From the NCBI GenBank assembly GCA_965228735.1, contig OZ245838.1, positions 6,336,001 through 6,400,000 of the forward strand: DNA of 64,000 nucleotides, given 5' to 3'. This document shows positions 19,067 through 28,237 of the stretch, piece by piece; position 1 is the stretch's first letter; each line of letters starts with the position of its first letter. Source of the DNA: Planctomycetota bacterium. Its GTDB lineage: Bacteria; Planctomycetota; UBA1135; UBA2386. Both the position numbers and the translations under genes were made by a program. The notes beneath the pieces were generated by a model. It did not search any database. It saw only the letters and a list, made by a program, of their open reading frames with translations, and had not been told where the DNA came from.

Positions 19067-20716
19067 ATGCAGCCTCTCGTTCCAGCCATCCTGCTGTTCA
19101 CCGCTCTCGTGGGCGACGCGGCTGCGCAGACCCTTTGGCCGCCACCGCCGACCCCGGCCGGCAATCCCACGACCGCGGCGAAGGTCTTGCTCGGCAAGGC
19201 GCTGTTCTGGGACGAACAGCTGTCGACGACCGGGTCGGTGGCGTGCGGCACGTGCCACATCCTGAGTCACGGCGGCGCCGATCCGCGTTCTCTGACGGCG
19301 TTGCACCCCGGCCCCGACGGCGTGTTCGGCACGCCTGACGACCGCCGGGCGTCTCCCGGTGTGCCGGCGAACGACGGTGGCGGAACCTACACGGGAGCTC
19401 CGGGTTTCGGCGCCGCGCCGCAGGTGACTCCGCGCGCGGCCCCGACGGTCATCAACGCTGCGTATCTCGGCGAACTGTTCTGGGACGGTCGGGTCAGGGA
19501 CGGCGTGTTCCGCGACCCCGTGACGGGCCAGGTAATGCTGAATGGCGATGCCCAACTCGAGAACCTGATCGCCGAGCCGCCGATCGATGCAATCGAAATG
19601 GGGCACCCGGGACGCTCGTGGGCCGACGTCGTCCAGCGGGTGCAGGGCGTCGAGCCGCTCGCGCTCGCCTCGCACCTGCCGGGTCCGCTCGCCACGTTCG
19701 TCTCGGGCCAGACGTATCCGGCGCTCTTCCAGCAGGCGTTCGGTTCCGCCGGCGTCGACGCGAGCCGGATCATCATGGCGATCGCGGCCTACATGCGCAC
19801 CCTCGTGAGCAACGGCTCGCGCGTCGACGCGTTCCTCGCCGGCACCGGTACGCTGACGACCGTCGAACAGAACGGACAGCAGTTCGCCGCGCAAATCTGC
19901 GTGCGCTGTCACGGCGACATCGATGACAACGTGTTCCTGCTGGGGCCGGCTTCGGTGCGATTTCGCAACACGGGTGTCCGGCCCATCGCCGAGGACCCGG
20001 GTCGCAGCGCGGTCACTCAGAGCGCGGCGGACGACGGCATGTTCAAGGCGCCGGACTTGCGCAACGTTGCGTTGCGCCCGCCGTTCTTCCACGACGGGAG
20101 CGCCGCGACGCTGGCCGATGTCGTCGCGTTCTACGCGCGCGGCGGTGACTTCCACGTCAACAAGAACCCGCTGATGAATGCGCTGCCCGGGTTTTTCGCC
20201 GCGTCGCCGCGCCTCGAGGCGGAGCTCGTGGCGTTTCTCGAGGCGTTCACGGATCCGCGCGTCGAACACGAGCTGCCGCCGTTCGATCGCCCGACGTTGT
20301 TCACCGAGGGGCCGAACCGGAACCTGCTGTTCCCCGCGGGCACGCCCGGCACCGGCGGCGTCGTGCCGCGCGCGGTCGCCGTCGAGCCGGCGCGCATCGG
20401 CGGTCGGGTCACGGTCGCGGTCGATCGCGGGCAGCCGGGTGAGTTCGCGCTGCTCTGGTGGGACGTCGCGGTGGCCCCGGGTCCACGTACGATCTTCGGG
20501 TTGTCCGTGCAGCTCGCGCTCACGCCGGCGACGACGCTGGCCGTCGCGGGCGCGCTGCAGGGCGCGCCGGGCGAGGCGTGGTTGTCCTGGTCGCAGCTCC
20601 TGCCGGCCGACCCGGTGTATGCCGGGCAACGGCTCTTCGGGCAGTGGCTCGTGACCGACCCCGCCGGCCCGAACGGGTTCGCGACGTCCGGCGCGTTCGG
20701 TCTGCGGCTGCACTGA
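19067..20716 (+). CDS. Di-heme cytochrome c peroxidase/MauG-family protein (tandem paralog)
   Basis: CGTCH, CVRCH, FWDGR, FKAPDLRNVALRPPFFHDG. Signal ends AAAQ. Confidence 0.88.
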   Translation: MQPLVPAILLFTALVGDAAAQTLWPPPPTPAGNPTTAAKVLLGKALFWDEQLSTTGSVACGTCHILSHGGADPRSLTALHPGPDGVFGTPDDRRASPGVPANDGGGTYTGAPGFGAAPQVTPRAAPTVINAAYLGELFWDGRVRDGVFRDPVTGQVMLNGDAQLENLIAEPPIDAIEMGHPGRSWADVVQRVQGVEPLALASHLPGPLATFVSGQTYPALFQQAFGSAGVDASRIIMAIAAYMRTLVSNGSRVDAFLAGTGTLTTVEQNGQQFAAQICVRCHGDIDDNVFLLGPASVRFRNTGVRPIAEDPGRSAVTQSAADDGMFKAPDLRNVALRPPFFHDGSAATLADVVAFYARGGDFHVNKNPLMNALPGFFAASPRLEAELVAFLEAFTDPRVEHELPPFDRPTLFTEGPNRNLLFPAGTPGTGGVVPRAVAVEPARIGGRVTVAVDRGQPGEFALLWWDVAVAPGPRTIFGLSVQLALTPATTLAVAGALQGAPGEAWLSWSQLLPADPVYAGQRLFGQWLVTDPAGPNGFATSGAFGLRLH

Positions 20717-20879
20717 ACCCGGCTCGGCCATGGCGGGCTGATTGCCCGGGCGGAAACGCCCGATCCACTGCGGCATGCCGCCAAAAAACGTCGCGCCGAA
20801 GCGAAACCACGGCCGGGGGGGCGAGTAGTTGAACGTGTCCGCGCGTTGGTGTGAGCCGCGTGGCGGACGTTCCTGACGA

Positions 20880-20947
20880 GACTCTCCGCCGAGGAGTGAG
20901 GGGCACGTTGCTCCGAGCTCCGGGGGCGAGGCGGAGAGTCTTCTTTT
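20880..20947 (+). terminator. Long-loop hairpin followed by T-tract between convergent genes
   Basis: GACTCTCCGCC ... GGCGGAGAGTC 11-bp inverted repeat, then TTCTTTT. Confidence 0.4.
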
Positions 20948-20983
20948 CCGTACGGGCCGAGTTCCCGTCGGGCGGATCGGCCG

Positions 20984-21622
20984 TCAGAGTGCGGGGGCCG
21001 GGATGCGCTGCACCCAACCGTGAGCGGCGGCGTCCGGGTCGTCGTGGTCGCAGAACACGGTCCGGACGACCTCCTCGATCTCGCGCCGCGTCGCGCCGAG
21101 ATGTTGCGCGCCGCGCGCGTGGCCCGCGAACTGGCGCTTCTGGTCTGCCGCGACGAGAGCGGCGAGTGCGACGAGTTCGCGCACGCGCGGTGCCAATCCG
21201 GAACGGGCGAGGATGCGGCCGTAGGCGGCCTCGAGCACGAACGACTGGAAGTCCGGATGGAAGCGGCCGAGCATCGCGCGCACGGCCTCGGCGTTCTTGC
21301 CGTAGATGCGATCGAACAGCGCGCGGCCGCGCGCGGCCTGCTCGGCCGGCGTCGGCAGTTCGGTCGCTGCCGGCGGGGTCGTGGCGGGCCACGTGGACTC
21401 GAAGTGTTCGAACGCCGTGACGACCCGCGGGAACCCGCAGAACAGGACCGCCTGCAGCAGCATCTCCTCGCAGTCCGCGCGCTCCGATCCGCGCGCCTTC
21501 GCCGTCCCGAACACGGCCGTCAACCGCGGCCAGTCGGCGCGCCAGATCGCGACCTGCCCGAGCACGAGCAGCCGCACCTCGGGGTCGAGGTCGCCACGGG
21601 CGAGCACGCGATCGATCGTCAT
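20984..21622 (-). CDS. Carboxymuconolactone decarboxylase / AhpD-like protein
   Basis: EEMLLQAVLFCGFPR, GRALFDRIYG, AYGRILARSGL..RVRELV, HARGA..LGAT. The track start (21658) lies inside a repeat, so the ATG at 21622 is preferred. Confidence 0.8.
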   Translation of the reverse strand: MTIDRVLARGDLDPEVRLLVLGQVAIWRADWPRLTAVFGTAKARGSERADCEEMLLQAVLFCGFPRVVTAFEHFESTWPATTPPAATELPTPAEQAARGRALFDRIYGKNAEAVRAMLGRFHPDFQSFVLEAAYGRILARSGLAPRVRELVALAALVAADQKRQFAGHARGAQHLGATRREIEEVVRTVFCDHDDPDAAAHGWVQRIPAPAL

Positions 21623-21636
21623 CGGCGGAGGATTAA

Positions 21637-21739
21637 TGCCGTACGGAACCTGGTTCAAACCGCAAGGCTGCCACGCAAGAGCCGCCGAAGGCGGCTCTCG
21701 CGTGGCAGCCTTGCGGATTGAACCAGGTTCCGTACGGCA
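21637..21739. repeat. 103-bp near-perfect hairpin (REPIN/MITE-like)
   Basis: 50-bp arms with 2 mismatches around a GAA loop. Ends TGCCGTACGGAACCTGGTTCAA / TTGAACCAGGTTCCGTACGGCA. Confidence 0.9.
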
Positions 21740-21740
21740 A

Positions 21741-22484
21741 TCACCTGCGGTTGGTGTGCTCGGGGTTGGTGTAGCGCGTTCGGCGCAGTTGCTCGGCGTG
21801 CTGACGTTCTTCGTTGGTCAACTCGCCCGGCTCCGGTGCGAGATCGAGGGCTGCGGCGAGATGGTGGACGAGCCGGTCACCGAGACGGATGGTCAGCGCG
21901 GCGTCGACGGCGACGGTGTCCGCGACGGCCGCGACGAACGGCGTCAGGGTGGGGCGCGACAGCACGAGCGAGCCGTGATGCAGCACGCGTCGAGCCGGCT
22001 GGGCGATGCGGCGTTGGGCCGAGCCGACGAGCTTGCCGGCCGTGGTCACGATGTCGTCGCGGCCCGGTGTGCGGAAGCACCAGCGGTCCTTGGGGCGCGC
22101 CGTCTGCGCGTGCCCGCTGTCGAGTCGGGTGCTGTCGACGCCGACATCGCGGAGCGCCCGCACGACCGCGTCGTGCAGTCCGCGGTAGCTGCCGGCGACG
22201 TCCGTTCCGAGCAGCTCGGCGGGCAGCGCGAGCGCGAACGTGAGCTCGTCGCCGTGGTGGATCGCGCCGCCGCCGGTGAGCCGGCGCACGATCACCGTGT
22301 CGGGCACCAGATCGGCGAAGTCTCTGCGGCGCTGGAAGTAGCCGAGCGAGACCGCGTGCGGCTGCCAGCCATAGAGCCGCAGCGTCGGCTCGGTCGCTCC
22401 GACGAGCAGCGCTTCGTCGACGGCCATGTTCGTGGCCGGATCGCCGGGCGGGTCACGCAGGACCCGGATCGTCGCGGGCGTCAC
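21741..22484 (-). CDS. Lipoate-protein ligase / octanoyltransferase (LplA/LipM family)
   Basis: NMAVDEAL, TLRLYGW, SLGYFQ, VRRLTGGGAIHH, KLVGSAQRR, LHHGS. Confidence 0.9.
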   Translation of the reverse strand: MTPATIRVLRDPPGDPATNMAVDEALLVGATEPTLRLYGWQPHAVSLGYFQRRRDFADLVPDTVIVRRLTGGGAIHHGDELTFALALPAELLGTDVAGSYRGLHDAVVRALRDVGVDSTRLDSGHAQTARPKDRWCFRTPGRDDIVTTAGKLVGSAQRRIAQPARRVLHHGSLVLSRPTLTPFVAAVADTVAVDAALTIRLGDRLVHHLAAALDLAPEPGELTNEERQHAEQLRRTRYTNPEHTNRR

Positions 22485-22499
22485 GAACCCGGCCGGCGG

Positions 22500-22877
22500 T
22501 CAGGACTCGGCCTTGACCGTCTCTTCGTAGGCCGCCGCGTCGAGCAGGTCGTCCGACGTCTCGGTGACCTTGACCTTGATCATCCAGGCCTTCTCGAACG
22601 CGTCCTCCGCCAGCCACTCGAGGTTGTCCGGCAGCTCGGCGTTGACCTCGGTGACCTCACCCGAGACCGCGGCGTAGAGGCTGCTGACGGCCTTGACCGA
22701 CTCGATCTCGCCGAACTGTTCGCCCTTCGTCACGTCGTCGCCGACGTTGGGCAGGTCGAGGAACACGAGGTCGCTGAGCTGTGACACGGCGAAATCGGTG
22801 ATGCCGAGCGTGGCGACGTCGCCGTCGACTTTGCACCACTCGTGGCTCTTCAGATACTTGCGGTCGTCTGGACGCAT
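22500..22877 (-). CDS. gcvH: Glycine cleavage system H protein
   Basis: SHEW, GITDFA, IESVKAVS lipoyl-lysine motif. Confidence 0.97.
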   Translation of the reverse strand: MRPDDRKYLKSHEWCKVDGDVATLGITDFAVSQLSDLVFLDLPNVGDDVTKGEQFGEIESVKAVSSLYAAVSGEVTEVNAELPDNLEWLAEDAFEKAWMIKVKVTETSDDLLDAAAYEETVKAES

Positions 22878-22907
22878 GGGTCGGTGTCGTTTGGGGGTTC
22901 GATCGGA

Positions 22908-23999
22908 TCAGCGTTGCCGCTTGTAGAACGGCATGGGGGCCACGACGCAAGCTTCGAGCTGGTCGCGGACGCGGAATTGGAGTTCGGTGCCGGGCTCGGC
23001 GAGCTCGGTCGGGACGTACGCCGTCGCGATGTTCGTCCCGAGCGTCGGCGAGATGCTGCCGGAGCAGACCGCACCGACGTCCTGGCCAGCGTGCACGATC
23101 GGGTAGCCCTGCCGCGGGCAGCGCTTGCTCGCCGCCGTGAGGCCGACGAGCTTGCGACCGGTGCCGCCCTTCTCCTGCACGGCTTCGAGGGCCGCGCGGC
23201 CGACGAAGTCGTGGGTGAACTTGACGGCGAAGTCGAGTCCGGCCTCGAGCGGGTTGGTCGTCTCGTTCAGCTCGTGGCCATACAGCGGCATGCCGGCCTC
23301 GTGGCGCAGCGTGTCGCGCGCGCCGAGGCCGATCGGCTTCAGCCCGGCGCTCTCGCCGACCTCGAAGAACGCGTTCCACACGTCCGCCTCGTAGCCGCCC
23401 GGGACATAGACCTCGAACCCGTCCTCGCCGGTGTAGCCGGTGCGCGAGATCGTCATCGGTTGGCCGCAGATCTCGGTCGCAGTCCACGCGTAGTACTTGA
23501 GCTCGGCCAGGTCGGTCGCCGTGAGTTGCTGCGTGATCGCTTCTGACTGCGGACCCTGGATCGCGATCATTCCGGTCTCGTCCGTGCGGTCCTGGACCTC
23601 GCATTCGAAGTCCGCCGCGATCTTGCGCATGATCTCGAGGTCGCGCTCCGTGTTGCCCGCGTTGATGACGAGGAAGAAGCCATCGTCCTTCGGGTTGCGG
23701 TAGACGAGGATGTCGTCCTGCGTCAGCCCCTGCTCGTCGAGGATCATCGCATAGCGGATGCGCCCGGGCTGGATCTTGCTGACGTCGTTCGTCTGCAGAC
23801 GCTGCAGGAAGTCCTCGGCCTGCGGACCGTTGACGTTCACGCGGCCCATGTGACCGAGGTCGAACAGGCCGGCGGCGTTGCGCACCGTCTTGGCCTCGTC
23901 GAGGATCGGGCCGTATTGCACCGGCATGCTCCAGCCGGCGAACGGCACGAGTCGGGCACCGTGCTCTTTGTGGATCGATTCGAGGGCGGTCGTGCGCAT
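22908..23999 (-). CDS. gcvT: Glycine cleavage system aminomethyltransferase T
   Basis: FAGWSMPVQY, FDLGHMG, SRTGYTGEDGFE, GLGARDTLR.EAG. Confidence 0.97.
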   Translation of the reverse strand: MRTTALESIHKEHGARLVPFAGWSMPVQYGPILDEAKTVRNAAGLFDLGHMGRVNVNGPQAEDFLQRLQTNDVSKIQPGRIRYAMILDEQGLTQDDILVYRNPKDDGFFLVINAGNTERDLEIMRKIAADFECEVQDRTDETGMIAIQGPQSEAITQQLTATDLAELKYYAWTATEICGQPMTISRTGYTGEDGFEVYVPGGYEADVWNAFFEVGESAGLKPIGLGARDTLRHEAGMPLYGHELNETTNPLEAGLDFAVKFTHDFVGRAALEAVQEKGGTGRKLVGLTAASKRCPRQGYPIVHAGQDVGAVCSGSISPTLGTNIATAYVPTELAEPGTELQFRVRDQLEACVVAPMPFYKRQR

Positions 24000-24087
24000 G
24001 GTCGGGGGGGGGGCTTCTGAGCGGGCCGCGGCGAGCGGCGGGGGCGGGCCGCGACCGGGTTGAGCGGCGGCGAGCGGGCGGCCGAGC

Positions 24088-25908
24088 TTAGCTCTGTGCC
24101 GCAGCCGTTGCTACGGTCTCACGGGCGATGTCGCCCGGGACGAGGCTCACGACGGTGCAGCCGGCCTGCAGCGCCGGGCCCGATTCGGCGGCCACGATCT
24201 TCAGCTTGCCCTCGGGGCTCACGACGAACAGCGGCACGACCCGATCGGCGTTCTCGGCCTCGAACTCCTCGGGGCCGTACTGCTCGGTGAGCCCGGTCGC
24301 CTTGAGCTTGGCGCCGGAGGCGAGCTGGTTGCGCAGCCAGTCCGCCGTCGCGCGTTCGTGGAACAGCAGCCGGCCGTGCTCGGACGCGTCGTGGCCGTCC
24401 TGTTGTTTCTGCTTGCCGCTCGGCGGCACGCGGTAGACGTGCGAGCGGCCGAACGTCGCGACGAACTCGCGGGCGGCGAGTCGGTTGACCTCGTCGCTCG
24501 GCAGCAGCGCGAGCAGGAAGCCGATGCGATGCAGGTCCGCGCTCTCCGCGAAGCGCGTCGACAACACGCTGCCCTGGAACGTCGGCAGGCCGAGAGTGCG
24601 CGCGTTCTGCGTGCTGCGGGCGTTGGTGTCGACGAGCAGCACGTCGAAGCCCTGCTCCTTGAGTGCGGCGCCGATCTCGCGGCCGACGATGTCCGCGCCG
24701 ACGATGAGGCAGCCCTGCGGGTCGCCGCCCGAGAGGCCGATCGCCCGCGCCAGCGGCCGCGCGCCGAGGCCGTAGACGAGAACGGTGAGGACGATCGTCG
24801 GGAAGACGAGTGCGACGACGGTGTTGGCCGCCGCGCGATCGGTCATCTGCAGCGCGAGCTCCGAGCTCACGGCGGCGACGACGATGCCGCGCGGGGCCAT
24901 CGCCATGAGGAACGCGCGATCGCGCCCGCGCAGGTCGCTGCCGAGTGTCGACAACCAGACGGCGACGGGTCGAACGACGAGGATCAGCGCGCCGCCGTAG
25001 AGGAGCGCGCGCCAGCCGAGCTCGGTCAATGGCTTCAGCGGCAGGTGCGCCGCGATCGACACGAAGAGCACCGACAGCAGGATCGTCGACAGGTGCTCCT
25101 TCCACTCCGCGATGTGATCGACGTCGAGCGCGCGCCGGTTGGCCAAAGTGATGCCCATGATCGTCACGGCGAACAGGCCGGCCTCGTGGTGCAGCATGTC
25201 GGCGCCGACGAACGCGACGGCGACGGTCCCGAGCGTGACGGGCACGTGCAGCATGTCGGGCACGAGGAACTTCTCGAGTGCCCGCGCCAGGGTCCAGCCG
25301 GCGACGAGGCCGATCACGCTGCCGAAGCCGGCCGTCTTGGCGATGCCGAGCGCGATCGTGGCCGGCCCGGCGTCGGCGCTGCTGATGGCCTCGAACACGA
25401 CGATGGCGAGCAGCGCACCGATCGGGTCGATGAGGATGCCCTCCCAGCGCAGGATCGCGCCCGTCGGACCGGCCGGGCGCACGTGCCGCACGAGCGGGAT
25501 GACGACGGTCGGGCCGGTGAGCGTGAGCAGCGCGCCGACGAGCAGTGCGACCTTGAAGTCGATGCCGACGAGCCAGACGCCGGCGGCCGTCGACAAGAGC
25601 CACGTGACGAGCGCGCCGACCGACACGAGGTTGCGCACGACGCTGCCGCTGCCGCGCACTTCGGAGAAGCGCAGCGTGAGACCGCCCTCGAACAGGACCA
25701 GACCGACCGCGAGCGAGATGATCGGGCGGAACAACTCGCCGAGCGCACGGTCGGGGTCGAACAGCCCCGTGACCGGGCCGGAGATGAAGCCCGTCAGCAG
25801 CAGCAAGAGGATCGCGGGCACCTTGAGGCGCCACGCGAGCCACTGCGCGAGCGTGCCGGCGCCGAGCACGAAGGCAAGGGCCGACAGGGAGTCGAGGGGC
25901 GCGGGCAC
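24088..25908 (-). CDS. Cation:proton antiporter (CPA1/NhaP) with C-terminal TrkA-N/RCK-like domain
   Basis: Many TM helices, LFEGG, TGPTVV, WEGILIDPIG, APRGIV. GTG start at 25908. Confidence 0.9.
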   Translation of the reverse strand: MPAPLDSLSALAFVLGAGTLAQWLAWRLKVPAILLLLLTGFISGPVTGLFDPDRALGELFRPIISLAVGLVLFEGGLTLRFSEVRGSGSVVRNLVSVGALVTWLLSTAAGVWLVGIDFKVALLVGALLTLTGPTVVIPLVRHVRPAGPTGAILRWEGILIDPIGALLAIVVFEAISSADAGPATIALGIAKTAGFGSVIGLVAGWTLARALEKFLVPDMLHVPVTLGTVAVAFVGADMLHHEAGLFAVTIMGITLANRRALDVDHIAEWKEHLSTILLSVLFVSIAAHLPLKPLTELGWRALLYGGALILVVRPVAVWLSTLGSDLRGRDRAFLMAMAPRGIVVAAVSSELALQMTDRAAANTVVALVFPTIVLTVLVYGLGARPLARAIGLSGGDPQGCLIVGADIVGREIGAALKEQGFDVLLVDTNARSTQNARTLGLPTFQGSVLSTRFAESADLHRIGFLLALLPSDEVNRLAAREFVATFGRSHVYRVPPSGKQKQQDGHDASEHGRLLFHERATADWLRNQLASGAKLKATGLTEQYGPEEFEAENADRVVPLFVVSPEGKLKIVAAESGPALQAGCTVVSLVPGDIARETVATAAAQS

Positions 25909-25927
25909 TGGCGTCGGGTCGGTGGGG

Positions 25928-28159
25928 TCAGGAGACGGCTGCGCGCGTCGACTCGATGCACGCCATGAGCAGGGCGCGGAAACCGGCGGGCGTCGCGATC
26001 GTGCCGGTGGCGTGCACCGACTGGCCACCGATCGCGAGCGCTGCCGCGCCCTCGGGCAGCCGCTGGAACATGTCCTCGTCGGTGCGGTCATCACCCGCGC
26101 AGAGCACGAAGTCGTCGGGGCCGAGTTCCGCGCTGCGGGTCGCGACGTAGCTGCCCTTGTCGATGCCCTGGGCGCGCACCTCGATGACCGCGTGACCCGC
26201 GATCGCCTCGGCCGGCTCACTCGACAGCAGTTCACCGAGGTGATGGTGCAGTTCGCGCGCGCGCCACGGTCCGTAACCCGGATCCGCGATGCGGTAGTGC
26301 CACGCGAGGCCGCCCGGCTTCTTCTCGATGAACGAGCCGGGCAGGTCGTCGCTCGCGCGCTCGAACAGCTCGGTTACGAGTGGCAGCCAGCTCAGGTCCG
26401 CGGTGATCGGTTCGTCCCACTCGCCGCCGGGGCGCTTGTTGGCATAGCCGTGCTCCCCGCAGAGGTGGATCGGCAGGTGGCCGAGCCACGACTCGAGCGT
26501 CCGGCGCGGTCGGCCGCTCACGACGTGCACTTCGGTGTGTGGCAACGCCGCGAGGTCGGTCAGGATCTGCAGGATCTCGTCGGTCGGGTGCGCTTGCTCG
26601 GGCAGCTGCTGCAGCTCGCGGAGCGTGCCGTCGTAGTCGAGGAACAGCGCGCGGTGCGGGGCTCGGGCGAAGCTCTCGGCGATCTCCTGGCGCGCCGCGG
26701 CGTCGAGCCGGGTCGCGTCCGTGTCCGCGTTCTTCAACGCGGCCTTCGCGAGGCGGTCGAGGAACCGCAGGGACCACTTCGCGCTGTCGAGCTCGAGCAC
26801 GCGTTCGTGCATGCCCGCGATCCGGTCGTTGCGCTCGTCGGTCGGCATCCGCAGCGCGTCGGACAACGCTCGCGCGAGACCGTTCTGGTCCCACGGGTTC
26901 ACGAGGATCGCGCGGGTCAGCGACAGCGCGGCGCCCGCGAACTCGCTCAGCACGAGGATGCCCTTGGCTGCGCCGGTGCGCTCGATCTCCTGACCCTGGC
27001 AGAGCACGAACTCGTGGGCCACGAGGTTCATGCCGTCGCGCAGCGGCGCGACGAGGCACGCGTCCGCGAGCTGGTAGAGCGCCGACAGCTCCTGCGTGTC
27101 GATGCCGCGGTGCATGAACTCGAGCGGCATGCGGCCCGGCGCGCCGAAGCGACCGTTGATGCGGCCGACCTCGCGCTGGATCTCACGCAGCAGCGTGCGG
27201 TAGCTCTCGTTCTCCTCGCGCGAGGGCACGAGCACCTGCAGCATCACCGTGTCGTCGATGCGTTCGGGCTCCTGCTCGAGCAGCCGTTCGAACGCGCGCA
27301 GCTTGTGGACGATGCCCTTGGTGTAATCGAGTCGTTCGACCCCGAGCAAGAGCCGGCGGCCGCCCCAGTTCTGCGCGTAGCGCGCCCGATGGGTCTCGAC
27401 CTCGTCGGACTGCAGCGCCTCGAGGAAGTTCTGGACGTCGGGGCCGAGCGCGTTCACGCCGATCGTGACCGTGCGCGTGCCGATCTCGATCGTGTCCGGG
27501 CCGGCCTCGAGGCCGAGGACGCGCAGGCACGAGTTGCGGAAGTGGCGCAGATAGTCCGGCGTGTGGAAGCCGATGTAGTCGGCGCCGAGCATCCCGCGGA
27601 GCAACTCCTCGCGGGCGGGCACGAGGCGCCAGATCTCCGACGACGGGAACGGCACGTGCAGGAAGAACCCGATGTGCAGGTCCGGTCGCTCGGCCCGGAG
27701 CAGCTCGGGCACGAGCATCAGGTGGAAGTCGTGGATCCAGACCTTGTCGCCGGGCTGCGCGCGTTCGAGGATCGCGGCCGCGAACCGCTCGTTGACGCGG
27801 CGGTAGGCTGCCCAGGATTGCTCGGTCGCGTCGACCTTGCTCGGAAAATAGTGCAGCAGCGGCCAGAGCGTGCTGTTGCACATGCCGGCGTAGTAGTGCT
27901 TCTCTTCCTCGGCGGTGAGGAAGACCGGCACGAGCTTCTGCTCGGCGAGCTTGTTCGTGACCTCCTCGCGTCGGCTCTTGGGCACGGGCCCACCCGACCA
28001 GCCGATCCACTCGCGGATCGTCGTGACGGCGCGCAGGGCCGAGGCGAGGCCGCCGGCCGCCGGTGACATCGCGATGCCATCGCGCTCCAGGCGCACCCGC
28101 ACGGGCAGGCGGTTGCTCACGATCAGAACGTCGCTCGTCTTGGCTTCGCCTGGATCCAC
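25928..28159 (-). CDS. Bifunctional trehalose-6-phosphate synthase/phosphatase (OtsA-OtsB fusion)
   Basis: IVSNRLP, GGLA, WIHDFHL, FFLHVPFP, RLDYTKGI, DGMNLVA.E, then HAD motifs FLDYDGTL and GDDRTDEDMF. Confidence 0.95.
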   Translation of the reverse strand: MDPGEAKTSDVLIVSNRLPVRVRLERDGIAMSPAAGGLASALRAVTTIREWIGWSGGPVPKSRREEVTNKLAEQKLVPVFLTAEEEKHYYAGMCNSTLWPLLHYFPSKVDATEQSWAAYRRVNERFAAAILERAQPGDKVWIHDFHLMLVPELLRAERPDLHIGFFLHVPFPSSEIWRLVPAREELLRGMLGADYIGFHTPDYLRHFRNSCLRVLGLEAGPDTIEIGTRTVTIGVNALGPDVQNFLEALQSDEVETHRARYAQNWGGRRLLLGVERLDYTKGIVHKLRAFERLLEQEPERIDDTVMLQVLVPSREENESYRTLLREIQREVGRINGRFGAPGRMPLEFMHRGIDTQELSALYQLADACLVAPLRDGMNLVAHEFVLCQGQEIERTGAAKGILVLSEFAGAALSLTRAILVNPWDQNGLARALSDALRMPTDERNDRIAGMHERVLELDSAKWSLRFLDRLAKAALKNADTDATRLDAAARQEIAESFARAPHRALFLDYDGTLRELQQLPEQAHPTDEILQILTDLAALPHTEVHVVSGRPRRTLESWLGHLPIHLCGEHGYANKRPGGEWDEPITADLSWLPLVTELFERASDDLPGSFIEKKPGGLAWHYRIADPGYGPWRARELHHHLGELLSSEPAEAIAGHAVIEVRAQGIDKGSYVATRSAELGPDDFVLCAGDDRTDEDMFQRLPEGAAALAIGGQSVHATGTIATPAGFRALLMACIESTRAAVS

Positions 28160-28237
28160 GTTCGTCCGATACGTATGGGTTGTTAGCGTCCGGGGTGCAT
28201 CGCCAGTGTGGCGGTCCGTTCCGGACACCGAATCATC

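Noticed and set aside
20795..20890. Hammerhead ribozyme (GAAAC at about 20803, GTT, hairpin, CTGACGAG at about 20873)
   Set aside because: The core words are in a plausible order, but stems II and III cannot pair beyond 1-2 bp.
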